From a virus (taxonomy: Duplodnaviria; Heunggongvirae; Uroviricota; Caudoviricetes), in IMG/VR virus record IMGVR_UViG_2562617057_000010, positions 1 through 64,000 of that record: a DNA stretch of 64,000 nucleotides; one strand, 5' to 3'. Positions 1 through 10,020 of the stretch are shown one piece after another. The notes below the pieces were generated by a model. The model saw nothing but the letters and a program-made list of their open reading frames with translations, ran no database searches and had not been told where the DNA came from. The stretch's first letter is position 1. Each line of letters opens with the position of its first letter. The position numbers and the translations under genes were made by a program.

Positions 1-50
1 TCGTTTCGGCGCAATTTTCAGCAAACGATCAAAAGTGGTGAAAAATATCG

Positions 51-79
51 TTGACTCATCGCGCCAGGTAAGTAGAATG
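51..79 (+). promoter_or_regulatory. Candidate sigma70 promoter of the tRNA operon
   Basis: -35 TTGACT (51-56), 17-bp spacer, -10 TAGAAT (74-79), A/T-rich upstream, about 70 nt before first tRNA. Confidence 0.5.
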
Positions 80-151
80 CAACGCATCGAACGGCGGCAC
101 TGATTGCCAGACGATAATAAAATCAAGTGATTAACTGATTGCTTGATGAAT

Positions 152-227
<76 letters not shown>

Positions 228-281
228 GTTTAAAAGACATCGGCGTCAAGCGGATGTCTGGCTGAAAGGCCTGAAGAATTT

Positions 282-355
282 GGCGCGTTAACAAAGCGGT
301 TATGTAGCGGATTGCAAATCCGTCTAGTCCGGTTCGACTCCGGAACGCGCCTCCA
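282..355 (+). tRNA. cysT: tRNA-Cys (anticodon GCA)
   Basis: 74-nt tRNA, anticodon loop GATTGCAAATC, T-arm GGTTCGACTCC, 3' CCA. Confidence 0.95.
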
Positions 356-367
356 CTTTTTTCCCGA

Positions 368-454
368 GCCCGGATGGTGGAATCGGTAGACACAAGGGAT
401 TTAAAATCCCTCGGCGTTCGCGCTGTGCGGGTTCAAGTCCCGCTCCGGGTACCA
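368..454 (+). tRNA. leuZ: tRNA-Leu (anticodon TAA), long variable arm
   Basis: 87-nt class II tRNA, anticodon loop TTTAAAATC, T-arm GGTTCAAGTCC, 3' ACCA. Confidence 0.95.
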
Positions 455-497
455 TGGGAAAGATAAGAATAAAATCAAAGCAATAAGCAGTGTCGTG

Positions 498-521
498 AAA
501 CCACCTTCGGGTGGTTTTTTC
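498..521 (+). terminator. Rho-independent terminator of tRNA operon
   Basis: Stem CCACC-TTCG-GGTGG followed by T6. Confidence 0.8.
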
Positions 522-834
522 GTATTTGTATTTTGTGCAATGGCGGTAGAGTGGCGATGGTGTGGCGATATGCAGAAACAATGGTAGTGCACGTGCTGTT
601 TAAACTCTAAGGATGAAGCAGAATTCTTCTGCAGCTCCTCCGTATTTCGCATAGTGAACCAGGACCTCTGTTAAACAAAAATTTTTTTGGGATTTTTCCA
701 CTCGACTTCATTTTTCCTCCTGCAATCCACCAACAGGTACCTGCGCTAATCTATCTTTTTTAATCTGACAACATCTTGGGAAAAGGCAAATTTGAACCGC
801 CCCGGGTTTCCTGGAGAGTGTTTTATCTGTGAAC

Positions 835-1725
835 TCAGGCTGCCAGATCATCGTTTCCGATGGAAGCATAATAAGCTTTTTCTGCTTCTGCCGGAGGAGT
901 ATGGCCCAGCCTTTCCAGCAATCGTCGATTGTTATACCAGTCCACCCACGTGAGTGTGGCCAGTTCCACTTCTGCACGGTTTTTCCAGCTCTTACGGTGT
1001 ATTACCTCCGCTTTGTAAAGACCATTGATGCTCTCCGCCATCGCGTTGTCATACGAGTCGCCTGTACTTCCTGTTGATGCCAGTAATCCGGCTTCCTTAA
1101 GCCGCTGTGTGTAGGCCAGCGATACATACTGAGAACCTTTATCACTGTGATGGACCGTGCCGGACGGTCGACGGGCCCATAACGCCTGCTCCAGTGCATC
1201 CAGCACGAATGTCGTTTCCATGGACGATGAGACCCGCCACCCCACGATGTATCCGGCAAACACATCAATGATGAACGCCACATAGACGAAGCCCTGCCAT
1301 GTGCTGACGTAAGTAAAATCAGCCACCCACAGCTGGTCAGGTCGTTCTGCCACGAACTGACGGTTTACGCGGTCGCCTGCGGCAACGGCTTTCCGGCTGA
1401 TGGTCGTACGGACCTTTTTACCCCGGAGAACACCGGCAAGTCCCATAACCGCCATGAGACGTGCCACAGTGCATCTGGCCACTCTGATGCCTTCCCGTAA
1501 CAACTGACGCCAGACTTTACGCACACCGTATACCTTGTGATTTTCATCGTATACGCGCTGTATCTCTTTCTTCAGCCAGTCATCGCGCTGCGCACGGGCA
1601 CTGCGTTTATCCGGATGATGTCGCTGTTGCTGACAGTGGTAATACGTTGACGGGGCAATATGCAGTTCGCTGCATAGCGGTCCGACCCCGTACTGCTCAC
1701 GCAGCTTATCCAGCAGTGGCATCAT
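835..1725 (-). CDS. IS3-family transposase OrfB (DDE integrase core)
   Basis: 296-aa ORF with rve-type DDE motifs ([22 protein letters not shown]); overlaps orfA by 4 bp. Confidence 0.9.
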   Translation of the reverse strand: MMPLLDKLREQYGVGPLCSELHIAPSTYYHCQQQRHHPDKRSARAQRDDWLKKEIQRVYDENHKVYGVRKVWRQLLREGIRVARCTVARLMAVMGLAGVLRGKKVRTTISRKAVAAGDRVNRQFVAERPDQLWVADFTYVSTWQGFVYVAFIIDVFAGYIVGWRVSSSMETTFVLDALEQALWARRPSGTVHHSDKGSQYVSLAYTQRLKEAGLLASTGSTGDSYDNAMAESINGLYKAEVIHRKSWKNRAEVELATLTWVDWYNNRRLLERLGHTPPAEAEKAYYASIGNDDLAA

Positions 1726-2048
1726 TTTTTCCAGAGGCGGTCGAACTCCGCCTTCGCAAAATAAGCGGAAGCCTGGCGAAGGATATCGTTACTGCGGCGC
1801 AGTTCACGATTTTCACGCTCCAGCTCTTTCAGACGCTGACGTTCAGCGGTGGTGAGCCCTCCATCACCGCCCCCGGTATCCCGCTCATGCTGGCGAACCC
1901 AGACACGCAGAGTCTCCGGCGTACAGCCAATCTTTGGAGCAATGGAACAAATTGTCGCCCATTGTGAGTCATATTCGCCCTGACTTTCCAGAACCATACG
2001 GACTGCCCGTTGACGGACTTCGGGGGAAAAACGAGTATTTTTAGTCAT
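1722..2048 (-). CDS. IS3-family transposase OrfA (HTH, leucine zipper)
   Basis: 108-aa ORF, N-terminal HTH and C-terminal coiled coil ([13 protein letters not shown]); A-run at overlap with orfB consistent with -1 frameshift site. Confidence 0.9.
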   Translation of the reverse strand: MTKNTRFSPEVRQRAVRMVLESQGEYDSQWATICSIAPKIGCTPETLRVWVRQHERDTGGGDGGLTTAERQRLKELERENRELRRSNDILRQASAYFAKAEFDRLWKK

Positions 2049-2307
2049 CCTGTTTACCTCTTTCTCAGGAAGTTTAGTCTCCAGGATTCCCGGGGCGGTT
2101 CAAATTCGTCAGATTTACTGTTTTTCTGCTGCCTCGAATGCCGATGTCTGAAGCACTGATAAGAGTTCTATCTCTTTGATATAGATCTTTTTTTTGATGA
2201 ATTGCACGACATATTATCGTTATGACACCTTCTTGTTAAAGGTATTGTACTCCTCATCTCGATTTTATGATGTGGGCTATGATTGGTTAGTAATAGAGTG
2301 TATCGGT

Positions 2308-2589
2308 ATGCGATGTGGTTTATTAATGGCAATCTGCCTTTGTTTAGTATCTTTTAGTGGATATGCAGCAACAGGAAAGTCTGATGCTCAGATCAAAAAA
2401 GAAATAATTAAAGAATCCATTGAATCTTATCCAGGCAATTGTGCGTGTCCTTATAATCATGCAAGGAATGGTAGTAGATGTGGTGGACGCAGTGCATATA
2501 GCCGTAATGGAGGGTATGACGTGGTATGTTATGAGGGTGATGTTACCGATGAAATGATCCGGCAATGGAAGCAGGAGAATGCTGAGTAA
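2308..2589 (+). CDS. Small secreted cysteine-rich protein, unknown function
   Basis: Internal ATG of 131-aa ORF gives 93 aa with signal peptide MRCGLLMAICLCLVSFSGYAA and 5 Cys in mature part; own terminator downstream. Confidence 0.45.
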   Translation: MRCGLLMAICLCLVSFSGYAATGKSDAQIKKEIIKESIESYPGNCACPYNHARNGSRCGGRSAYSRNGGYDVVCYEGDVTDEMIRQWKQENAE

Positions 2590-2664
2590 TCTCTTTTAAC
2601 AGGTTTGTTGTGCGAGCATTATGTGCCGTTAACGGTACACTAGCTAGTGATAGTTCCAAAAAGA

Positions 2665-2698
2665 AAACCCGCAGTTCTTACGCTGCGGGTTTGTTGTT
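2665..2698 (+). terminator. Rho-independent terminator
   Basis: Stem CCCGCAG/CTGCGGG followed by TTTGTTGTT. Confidence 0.6.
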
Positions 2699-2777
2699 CA
2701 CGTCTGTGAGATAGGGTGCCACTTCAGCCAACCTTAGCAACCGATTGACGGGGGATTGCTCCCCCGTCGCGGTTTCC

Positions 2778-2918
2778 TTACTGTTTACACTGTAAGAACG
2801 CCGCAAACTCCGCTCCCCAGAAGCTCATCCGTATTTCACACAGCGAACCGTGCAGCATCCAGATGATGAGGATTGCCGTCACGCAGAACGTGATGGCCGT
2901 AAGCGATTTTTGCGACAT
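2778..2918 (-). CDS. Hok/Gef-family type I toxin (46 aa)
   Basis: Hand-translated minus-strand ORF MSQKSLTAITFCVTAILIIWMLHGSLCEIRMSFWGAEFAAFLQCKQ; TM helix plus SLCEIR and AAFLxCK motifs as in Hok/HokA; AAGGAG SD 9 nt upstream; below the 60-aa ORF-track cutoff. Confidence 0.6.
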   Translation of the reverse strand: MSQKSLTAITFCVTAILIIWMLHGSLCEIRMSFWGAEFAAFLQCKQ

Positions 2919-3862
2919 AGCGCTTGCTCCTTTGTTGGAGAGGCGCTAACCTATCACTTGCTTAAGGTAGATATGTTAGGGCCTCGGTTAAACAGAAATG
3001 TTTTCCGGGGCCTTTCCACATCCGGCCTTCGGGTATTCCCTCCGACCATCAGCCGAAAGGCACCCGCGATTATTCTACTGATTTCCCGCTTCTCTGCTAC
3101 GTAAAGTTTCACGTCACCCGTTCGGTTCTCCGCGAAAGTTAAAATTTTGCCGCTTTTGTCGCTGCTTTCGTGAGCGGTTTTTGCTTGCGCCTGAAAATAG
3201 TTACACAGTGAAACTGTGTAACGCTGCGCCAAAACGATCCTTGTCCAATGTTTTGTTTTTACCTTTTATTTCATTGCGTTAAGTGGTTCCTGTGCGTGGC
3301 ACTTTGGCGGCATTCAGATCCTTTAAAATGACGAAAGCAAAAAATAGTTTTGTTTTTCATATGGTTAATTTTTCTGTCAGATCCTTTTTTAACGTTAATC
3401 TGGCAAAGCCTGGCAATCTTTGACACTTTGTGCCAGATGGCTTTTTTGTAAAGCGCCAGTGCTGGCGCGATCTGGAGTGTCGTTTTGCGCAAATTTATTT
3501 GGCAAAAAATTTTTATCGTAAAGAGTGCAAGCGCGGGGGGCTTGCGCCCGTGCCGTGTGTTGGGCTCATCATGCCGTGAAATATCCACGTAGCGTGCGTG
3601 TACGCTTTCAGGCGTTACGAGCTGAATTCAGGGTGACTCGCGCGTTTATTTGCTTAAAGCATGTCGCAGAATGCGATACAGCGCGTCTGGTGGGGGGTGT
3701 TTTTCTGGGGGAATGCCCGTCGCGACGGGCTTTCGTCTGGTTCGATGAATGAAATTTATTGATATATGAATAATTTCACGAAATGCTTATTTGTCTGTAT
3801 TTTGTGGCATGATTCTTGAGTGGTAAACCGGGCTGCCTGTGCACCTCTTCTCATCTGTAAAC

Positions 3863-5551
3863 TTACTGCTTAATCACGGTACTGTACTTCGCTTTCAGGT
3901 TGCCTGCCATTGATGCCACCGTGTCTATGCTGCCGCTGTTGGTGGGCTGTGACGACCCGTTGTTGGTATGAGTGTGTTGTGCGGTGAGCTGCGCCAGTTG
4001 CTGAACGGTGTCGCAAAGATCCAGCATGAGGTTAAGTGTGTTGATGGTATTGCTGCCAAACCAGACCTGCGGGGCGATGATCTGTTGCATCTGGCCAGCG
4101 ACGGATTTTTTAATCCGGCCAATCTTTTCTTCCAGCGTTTTCGCCACATTGTGGGTGGTGCTTTCTGTGCTGGTTTGCCACTGGTGAGTAACGTCGAGTT
4201 TAGCGCTGTCGGCGTGCTGTATCAGTTTCTTCGTGGCGGCTACGGCATAGTCACCGTCTGCGATGTGCTGTATGTGGCCGCTCATCAGCTTATGAGTGCC
4301 GAGCACCGTTATGGTGTTGTTGGCCTTTACGGTAATATTACGAGTGGTACTGGTGCGCGTTTCCGTTGTGTTCTGGATGATGCGGTCGGTGGATTTCTCA
4401 CGAATAACCTGATCGGTTTCACGCTGCCATGTGCCATCTGTATGCACACGCTGGAATACCTCTGCGCGTTGCTGTTGTAGTTGTTCGCCGGGCTTTATTC
4501 CCGGCAGACTCTGGCCGCTGGCGTGAGTGCCGGTGATGATGGGTTTATCCGGCCTGCCGTCAACGTGGGCCAGTGTAACTATGGTTCCTGGGGGCGGGTA
4601 CTGGAATATCCCGGATTCATTGCCGGCCATTGGCACAGGAACGGGGACGGCGTTATATACCGGTGTGTTCTTATCGGGGGTGCCGTTCTCGTCGAGCAAC
4701 TGCACATTGACGGCGTAGCGTGGGCGAAATTCATCATGCAAATCCCCCTGGGTTGTGTTTTCAGTTGGTGAGATCACGCGTCCCATGCGTGGAAGGTGGG
4801 TTTTGTTGCCTATCTCGGGGTAAAGGGTTTCGATCTGGCGTTGTACTGGCGACTGACGGCCATCACTCCAGCTAATGATCATGCTGTCGCCCTGTAGCTG
4901 TACCTGATTTATACGGTGATCGTTCATGACCACGCCGGGGCGCATCATGGGAATCGTCTGTATTGTCCAGCCATTTGCTCCGTGATCACCTCTGGTGATA
5001 TCGACCGGCAATCTGGCAGGGCGTTTTGCAAAACGGCAGTCAGCAAAGCTTCCGGCGTAGATGATGCCGTCAACCGACGGATACCAGACGTAATCCGGGA
5101 TACTGAATATGCGGCCAAGCATGGCCATCAGCTGATAACCGTTGCCATTGTGGGTTAGATGAGGGACCGGAGTGGTGGTGTAGCCTGCCTTCGGGAGTTG
5201 TATGCGTAAACCTGTATTGCCTTCAATGTGTCCTGCGACCTGTTTCAGCGTCGGATGCTGCATGGAGATGTTGAGCGGGTATTGCAGAATAGCAGCAGCT
5301 TCGCGCACCATCAGCTTGTGCAGCCCTCTGCCTGTACAACTGTCACTTTCCACATATCCCGAAAACCACTTTACAGGCTGATCGTTGTAACCGATGGACA
5401 GCTCTACGGGTTTGCCGCGTAGCGGGGGAGTATTGTCGGCGGCGTTAATGGTGATAAAGCCGGTTCCCGCGCCGTTGAGACGCAACATGATGTTTTCTTC
5501 CACGACAGGATAACGCCTGCCGTTAATGCAGAGATCACGAATTGGTTTCAT
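3863..5551 (-). CDS. Putative baseplate hub / central spike fusion (gpD-like N-term, gpV/VgrG-like C-term)
   Basis: 562 aa; N-terminal segment resembles the Mu-like gp44 hub in this window (GKPVELSIGY...GYVESDS vs [10 protein letters not shown]...GYIDS); C-terminal repetitive beta-rich region; last gene of the tail operon. Confidence 0.4.
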   Translation of the reverse strand: MKPIRDLCINGRRYPVVEENIMLRLNGAGTGFITINAADNTPPLRGKPVELSIGYNDQPVKWFSGYVESDSCTGRGLHKLMVREAAAILQYPLNISMQHPTLKQVAGHIEGNTGLRIQLPKAGYTTTPVPHLTHNGNGYQLMAMLGRIFSIPDYVWYPSVDGIIYAGSFADCRFAKRPARLPVDITRGDHGANGWTIQTIPMMRPGVVMNDHRINQVQLQGDSMIISWSDGRQSPVQRQIETLYPEIGNKTHLPRMGRVISPTENTTQGDLHDEFRPRYAVNVQLLDENGTPDKNTPVYNAVPVPVPMAGNESGIFQYPPPGTIVTLAHVDGRPDKPIITGTHASGQSLPGIKPGEQLQQQRAEVFQRVHTDGTWQRETDQVIREKSTDRIIQNTTETRTSTTRNITVKANNTITVLGTHKLMSGHIQHIADGDYAVAATKKLIQHADSAKLDVTHQWQTSTESTTHNVAKTLEEKIGRIKKSVAGQMQQIIAPQVWFGSNTINTLNLMLDLCDTVQQLAQLTAQHTHTNNGSSQPTNSGSIDTVASMAGNLKAKYSTVIKQ

Positions 5552-6101
5552 TGCCTGCCGGGCCTATCCAGTTATTGAGTTTGTCTGACATTTTCCAGAA
5601 CCAGCCATGCTCTTCGTTTTTTTCGCCTTTGCCACCTGATTTGACGGCCTGTGCGTGCTGTTCAGCACTCTGATTGCCAGCCGGGCCGCGTCCTGTCGCC
5701 TTTTCGGCACTGCTGAGTTTTTCTTTCAGAGTGAAGTCAACTTTCCATGCCATCAGGCCTGTTTCAGGAGTTGCGCCCACGGCACCGGAAAAAATCCCTT
5801 GCTTCATATTGACCGCTTTAGCATCCATGTTGGCGATGCGGTAAACCTGTTGTGCACCGTTAGCGGCTCTGGCTTCAGCCAGACGAAATAAGCGTGTGAG
5901 TGCTTCCGGCTGGGTGAACGGAATCAGTCCGGAAATCTGCAGCTCCTTGGCTTTTACACCCTGTTCTGAAGTCGCTGTTGATGAGGATTTTCCGGAAGCG
6001 TCTTTGTCTTTGATGGTCAGCTTCACGCTGACACTTAAGCGTTTTAGCGCGATTATCTGACCATTAAGGGCCAGCAGTGGCGTTGTCGTGTTCTGGCTCA
6101 T
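5535..6101 (-). CDS. Phage protein of unknown function (tail/baseplate operon)
   Basis: 188-aa ORF co-oriented and overlapping neighbours in the tail operon; no recognisable motif. Confidence 0.35.
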   Translation of the reverse strand: MSQNTTTPLLALNGQIIALKRLSVSVKLTIKDKDASGKSSSTATSEQGVKAKELQISGLIPFTQPEALTRLFRLAEARAANGAQQVYRIANMDAKAVNMKQGIFSGAVGATPETGLMAWKVDFTLKEKLSSAEKATGRGPAGNQSAEQHAQAVKSGGKGEKNEEHGWFWKMSDKLNNWIGPAGNETNS

Positions 6102-7002
6102 TTTCTGCCTTCGTTATCCAGTTCAGCATCCCGGAAAGATCGCCTGCGAACAGGTGTGCATACGTCAGTGAAGCTGTGGGGTGCGGAATATTTTTCATCA
6201 TTTCCCGGCGGGCTAAAACGGCGTCGCCGGTATGCACGAACGCAAATGCTTTTGCCACTTTATCGCCTGCTCCTGCCAGTTCAGCGATTATCTGTTGCTG
6301 CAACCGTTGACGTTGTGCCTGAAAACCGGATAACGCGTTTTTCAGTGAGTCGACAGAGTTCAGCCCTTCGGTCTTCATAGCGTTAAGCGCGGTGTGGTTA
6401 CTGATGCTGTTCTGTAGTGTGCTGGCAATAAGTGGTTGTGGAGCGGGCAGTCCGTTCTGTGGTGTCGCCGGGATTTGCATTCTGGTGATTGCCTGGGTGA
6501 GCTGTGTTCTTGCGCGTCTTAGCGTCTGCGTCAGAGTGGGTAAAGGGAGTGTGTCTGCCAGTGCTGACAGTTGACGAATAAAATCGTTATTATTGCTGCC
6601 TGTTACCATTATGATGGCGATATCGCTGTTTTCGGTCAGGCCCGGGAGTTTGTTGTTAAGGTGGTTTATTGCGTTGACAGGGCTTAAATACGCACCGTCT
6701 GGCGTAATGTGCCCCGCTTCAACATCCCACGGATGTACGGCCATAGCTGAACATGTTATGGGGGTGATATTACCTGTCGGAAGCATCAGTTTTGCCGGAA
6801 ACCACATATCTGTACCTCTCTTGTCTGCTGTTTTCTGGAATAGCTGCCCGGTCAGAAATGTGCACGGACTGGTGCGTCGCAATTTGTTTCCACTCTGGCA
6901 TGCCGGTGTATTCGCAAAAGGCCTGGCGTTCGGGCCTTGGTTTTCACCCGGGCTTTTGTGGCCATTCAGGTTTTGCAGTGTCCACACGGCTGACCAGAAC
7001 AC
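6064..7002 (-). CDS. Phage protein of unknown function (start uncertain)
   Basis: 312-aa ORF co-oriented in the tail operon; 5' end overlaps the tail fibre assembly gene so the true start is probably internal. Confidence 0.3.
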   Translation of the reverse strand: MFWSAVWTLQNLNGHKSPGENQGPNARPFANTPACQSGNKLRRTSPCTFLTGQLFQKTADKRGTDMWFPAKLMLPTGNITPITCSAMAVHPWDVEAGHITPDGAYLSPVNAINHLNNKLPGLTENSDIAIIMVTGSNNNDFIRQLSALADTLPLPTLTQTLRRARTQLTQAITRMQIPATPQNGLPAPQPLIASTLQNSISNHTALNAMKTEGLNSVDSLKNALSGFQAQRQRLQQQIIAELAGAGDKVAKAFAFVHTGDAVLARREMMKNIPHPTASLTYAHLFAGDLSGMLNWITKAENEPEHDNATAGP

Positions 7003-7471
7003 TGTAGCGTTCCCATGCTTCCAGTCGTGTGCGTTCCTCGTCTGTTGCCATATTCAGCCTGACAGCGCGTTCCAGCGGCTGGATGACTGATTCAGCTTCG
7101 GAAAGTAACGCGGCCTTTTGTGATTCGGCCTGTTGTTGCTGCTCGCCTGCCGTATAAATCCGCTTAACCACAGCTCCGTCCTTAAACATCCACTTCCCGG
7201 AGTCATCAGCACGTCGGTTGGCGGTAATATCAGGAACTTCGACAACGCTGAAACCTTCAGGATTAAGCGTTGAGGTATCTTTGGTAATGGCAACAATAAT
7301 ATTATTTTCGTCGTAAACAATCTTTATTGTATCTGGCTGAAAGTTCTTCACTTCCTCATACCAGTTTTTCCCGTCTTCAGCGTAAAGCCAGATGACTCTG
7401 TGCTTCTTTGTTAACTCATACTGTTCCGGCGTTTTAGCGTTACCCGCTTTTATGTTCTTTAAGTGCATCAT
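6944..7471 (-). CDS. Tail fibre assembly protein (Tfa/U-like)
   Basis: 175 aa; near-identical over about 150 aa to the Mu-like U protein at 52477-53004; directly downstream of tail fibre gene. Confidence 0.85.
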   Translation of the reverse strand: MMHLKNIKAGNAKTPEQYELTKKHRVIWLYAEDGKNWYEEVKNFQPDTIKIVYDENNIIVAITKDTSTLNPEGFSVVEVPDITANRRADDSGKWMFKDGAVVKRIYTAGEQQQQAESQKAALLSEAESVIQPLERAVRLNMATDEERTRLEAWERYSVLVSRVDTAKPEWPQKPG

Positions 7472-7472
7472 A

Positions 7473-9479
7473 TTAAATACTCGCTACGTTATACCAGGTG
7501 CCATTAATCAGTTTTTGCAGCGGTCGGTAATACACACCGTTGACGTTATCCGCTGAGTTACGGCCGGTATCCGATATCGATATCCCTGACAGCCCGTGTC
7601 CCGAAGGTGCGCAAAATCTCCACGAAACGGTGTTACTGCCGGGGCTGTAATACATTTCATGACCATACCGCACATCCTGTACCCCCTCAGTTCGATGTTT
7701 ATAGCGGGCATCGAAGTTTCCGTAATTTAACGGAATTACCTGTCCGTTTACAGCGAATGTGATACTACCATCGGTATTTCTCTGGCTGTAGAAATGCCAG
7801 CCGGAATCATCACCAAGCTCTGCAACAACAGGCCTGGATGGATTACCCCACAAATAAAACGCTGCATTTTTCGTGGAGTTGTTGGCGCTGGATAACGTGA
7901 ATTTTTTAGCATTTCCGGCCTGAATATTCTTAAAAGCAATAGTCACACCATTCTGAAAACGGAATACTCGCTGACCATTTGCATAAACATCAAGCAGACC
8001 ATCGCCATTTTGTTTAAACCCGGTATCGTTATCTCCTAAAACGATTGAACTTCCACCTAACGCATTCGTCGTACCAATTCCAAGACAACCATTAATGACG
8101 GCATTAACCAGAATATTTAGTGTATCCCATTTGAGATTCATCAGGTCTTTAACCCGGCCGCCAGCGAGGCGGTGTCTCCATTTGAAATACTCATTGCCGT
8201 TGTCACCTGTTTCAAACCACATGTATGAATCAGTATCGCTGTCGGCATCATTTTTAAAACCAATCTTTGCCCAGTCAGTATTTCGAATCCAGGCAAGGGT
8301 TGAGTCGTTTTCAAAAGTAAGTCCACCGGACAAGGTATCGCCTGTCTTTTGGACTGCGTTACCAGCCTTGTTTACCGTTTCCTGTAAACCAACGTTCTGG
8401 ATAAACAGCGGTTTATCGGGAATATCTGCTCCGTTCTGATTTTTTTGCAGCGCTCCTGTGATGCGGATGTCGTCACCTGCGGCTACAGTGTCCTGCGCGG
8501 TGCCAACATTAAGGGTGGCGCTGTCGCCGAGGCCCATATGCTTTCTGGCATCAGACTGGGCCTGTTCACCTTTGTCAGCAATTTCTTTCAGGTTCCCGTT
8601 ACGGGTCAGGTATTCGCCATCAAGGCGGTCATTTAATGGTTTGCGGGTTTTTCGTATATCGGTGATCTCGCCACTGTCTGATATTGTGGCGATGGGTTCG
8701 ACATAATGGGCAAATCCTGAACTGTCGGTATAGTCGGCTGTTTTCTGACTCGTCAGGCTGAATATGGCTTTATTTTCCCCGGTCAGGGTACCGGTTAATG
8801 CCGCGTCAACATAAACAGTTTGTGAAATTCCGGTGGCGTATGTCAGTGTGCCTTGTTCATCCAGCTCCACACGTAATCCGCGCAGATAGGCAATACCCGG
8901 CGCGAAGGTCGCCTGCCCGGTAGCCTGAGCGGTGAGTTTAAAGGCGTTATTAAAGAACAGGCCAGGCCCGTAGATATCCAGCGCCGCTTTGCGGGTGGCC
9001 TCGTCCATGCCGTGAAGCCGTGCCGTAAAATCAATCTGCCAGGTGCTTACTGGCGTGGTGATGCCGGTTGCGGCGCTGGCTCCGGCGTATTCCATAATTT
9101 CAGAATAAATCAGGGTATTACCCTGTTTGCCGTCTGCGGTTTTTATTTTTTTCTGAGGGTGAAGATATACCACCATACAAAGTGTATTTGTGGTGCTGCT
9201 TACCAGACCCAGCCAGTTAAAAGTAAAATCACCCGTGGACTCCGGCAGGGTAACGGAGTAGGCGACGGTGTTCTCATTTACCATTCCGTTGCGATCAACG
9301 TTCTGGCGGTGAACTATCTGTGCATCGGGGGGCAATGGTTCGTTTTCAGACGGCGTGTCGGCAATGTTCAGATCCGGGATATTTGCAAATACAAACTGAT
9401 CAATGATGATACGGTTGCCGCCTGCGGCTTCCTGCGCTTTCAGGCGCTCAAATGCTGAAGTGATAGCGCTCTGGGTCAT
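7473..9479 (-). CDS. Tail fibre protein
   Basis: 668 aa; C-terminal [11 protein letters not shown]; about 90-aa block shared with the Mu-like S protein; contains a gix-like site. Confidence 0.85.
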   Translation of the reverse strand: MTQSAITSAFERLKAQEAAGGNRIIIDQFVFANIPDLNIADTPSENEPLPPDAQIVHRQNVDRNGMVNENTVAYSVTLPESTGDFTFNWLGLVSSTTNTLCMVVYLHPQKKIKTADGKQGNTLIYSEIMEYAGASAATGITTPVSTWQIDFTARLHGMDEATRKAALDIYGPGLFFNNAFKLTAQATGQATFAPGIAYLRGLRVELDEQGTLTYATGISQTVYVDAALTGTLTGENKAIFSLTSQKTADYTDSSGFAHYVEPIATISDSGEITDIRKTRKPLNDRLDGEYLTRNGNLKEIADKGEQAQSDARKHMGLGDSATLNVGTAQDTVAAGDDIRITGALQKNQNGADIPDKPLFIQNVGLQETVNKAGNAVQKTGDTLSGGLTFENDSTLAWIRNTDWAKIGFKNDADSDTDSYMWFETGDNGNEYFKWRHRLAGGRVKDLMNLKWDTLNILVNAVINGCLGIGTTNALGGSSIVLGDNDTGFKQNGDGLLDVYANGQRVFRFQNGVTIAFKNIQAGNAKKFTLSSANNSTKNAAFYLWGNPSRPVVAELGDDSGWHFYSQRNTDGSITFAVNGQVIPLNYGNFDARYKHRTEGVQDVRYGHEMYYSPGSNTVSWRFCAPSGHGLSGISISDTGRNSADNVNGVYYRPLQKLINGTWYNVASI

Positions 9480-10020
9480 TTTTCATCTCCGGTGCATAAA
9501 AATAGTGATAGCTGCCATGCCAGTATCCGTGTCCGATAACACAATCCGTGGATGTGATTATCTGAAGATGGTAACGGCGGCAGGTGCGACCGTACTGGCG
9601 AATTATCTGATTGAGTAATGTTGTATTTTCTGAGATCTGGTTGTCTGTCAGGCGCAAAAGAACAACATCCCAGTCTGTGCCTGGCTGGCGCTCCTGAATC
9701 TCCACATAACCGATCCCCAGTCGTTCAAAAATTGCCCTGAATCCCGCCACGCTGCCCGCGTCCTGTGCGTTGATAAAGGCATATTTGACACGCTTTCTGT
9801 ACAGCGTGAGCGGTTCGCCGTCAAAACGGGCTATATCATATTGCCAGGCTGTCAGGTTCAGAATGGATTCCGCACATGTCAGTGGGTCGGTCTGGCTCAG
9901 TGGCCATGTTACCCAGTCGTGCACCTTTCCCCAGAAACGGATAAAGGTGTTTTTCAGGCGGAGCACATCGCCGCGATTCAGCCATGACGGCAACTTAATG
10001 TCCGGTGATTTATCAGGCAT
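9448..10020 (-). CDS. Baseplate protein (gpI / Mu gp48-like)
   Basis: 190 aa, positioned between J-like baseplate gene and tail fibre. Confidence 0.55.
   Translation of the reverse strand: MPDKSPDIKLPSWLNRGDVLRLKNTFIRFWGKVHDWVTWPLSQTDPLTCAESILNLTAWQYDIARFDGEPLTLYRKRVKYAFINAQDAGSVAGFRAIFERLGIGYVEIQERQPGTDWDVVLLRLTDNQISENTTLLNQIIRQYGRTCRRYHLQIITSTDCVIGHGYWHGSYHYFYAPEMKNDPERYHFSI

Larger units (their letters stand above)
793..2102. mobile_element. IS3-family insertion sequence (IS629-like), 1310 bp
   Basis: Terminal inverted repeats TGAACCGCCCCGGG (793-) and CCCGGGGCGGTTCA (-2102); two overlapping transposase ORFs; flanking AATT direct repeat (789-792 / 2103-2106). Confidence 0.9.

Noticed and set aside
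829-1077. 82-aa plus-strand ORF inside the IS transposase gene
   Set aside because: Antisense to the conserved orfB coding sequence; no RBS.
2954-3232. 92-aa minus-strand ORF as a possible mok-like reading frame
   Set aside because: It ends 36 bp before the hok-like start and does not overlap it as mok does; low-complexity composition.
3271-3752. 105-aa and 75-aa ORFs in the long intergenic region
   Set aside because: Low-complexity basic sequences without RBS in AT-rich, hairpin-rich DNA; more likely non-coding.
8095-8439. Mirrored ORFs (8095-8439 +, 8141-8326 -, 51321-51557 -, 51518-51721 +, 51636-52022 -)
   Set aside because: Identical spurious frames caused by the shared fibre DNA block; useful as evidence of homology but not genes.
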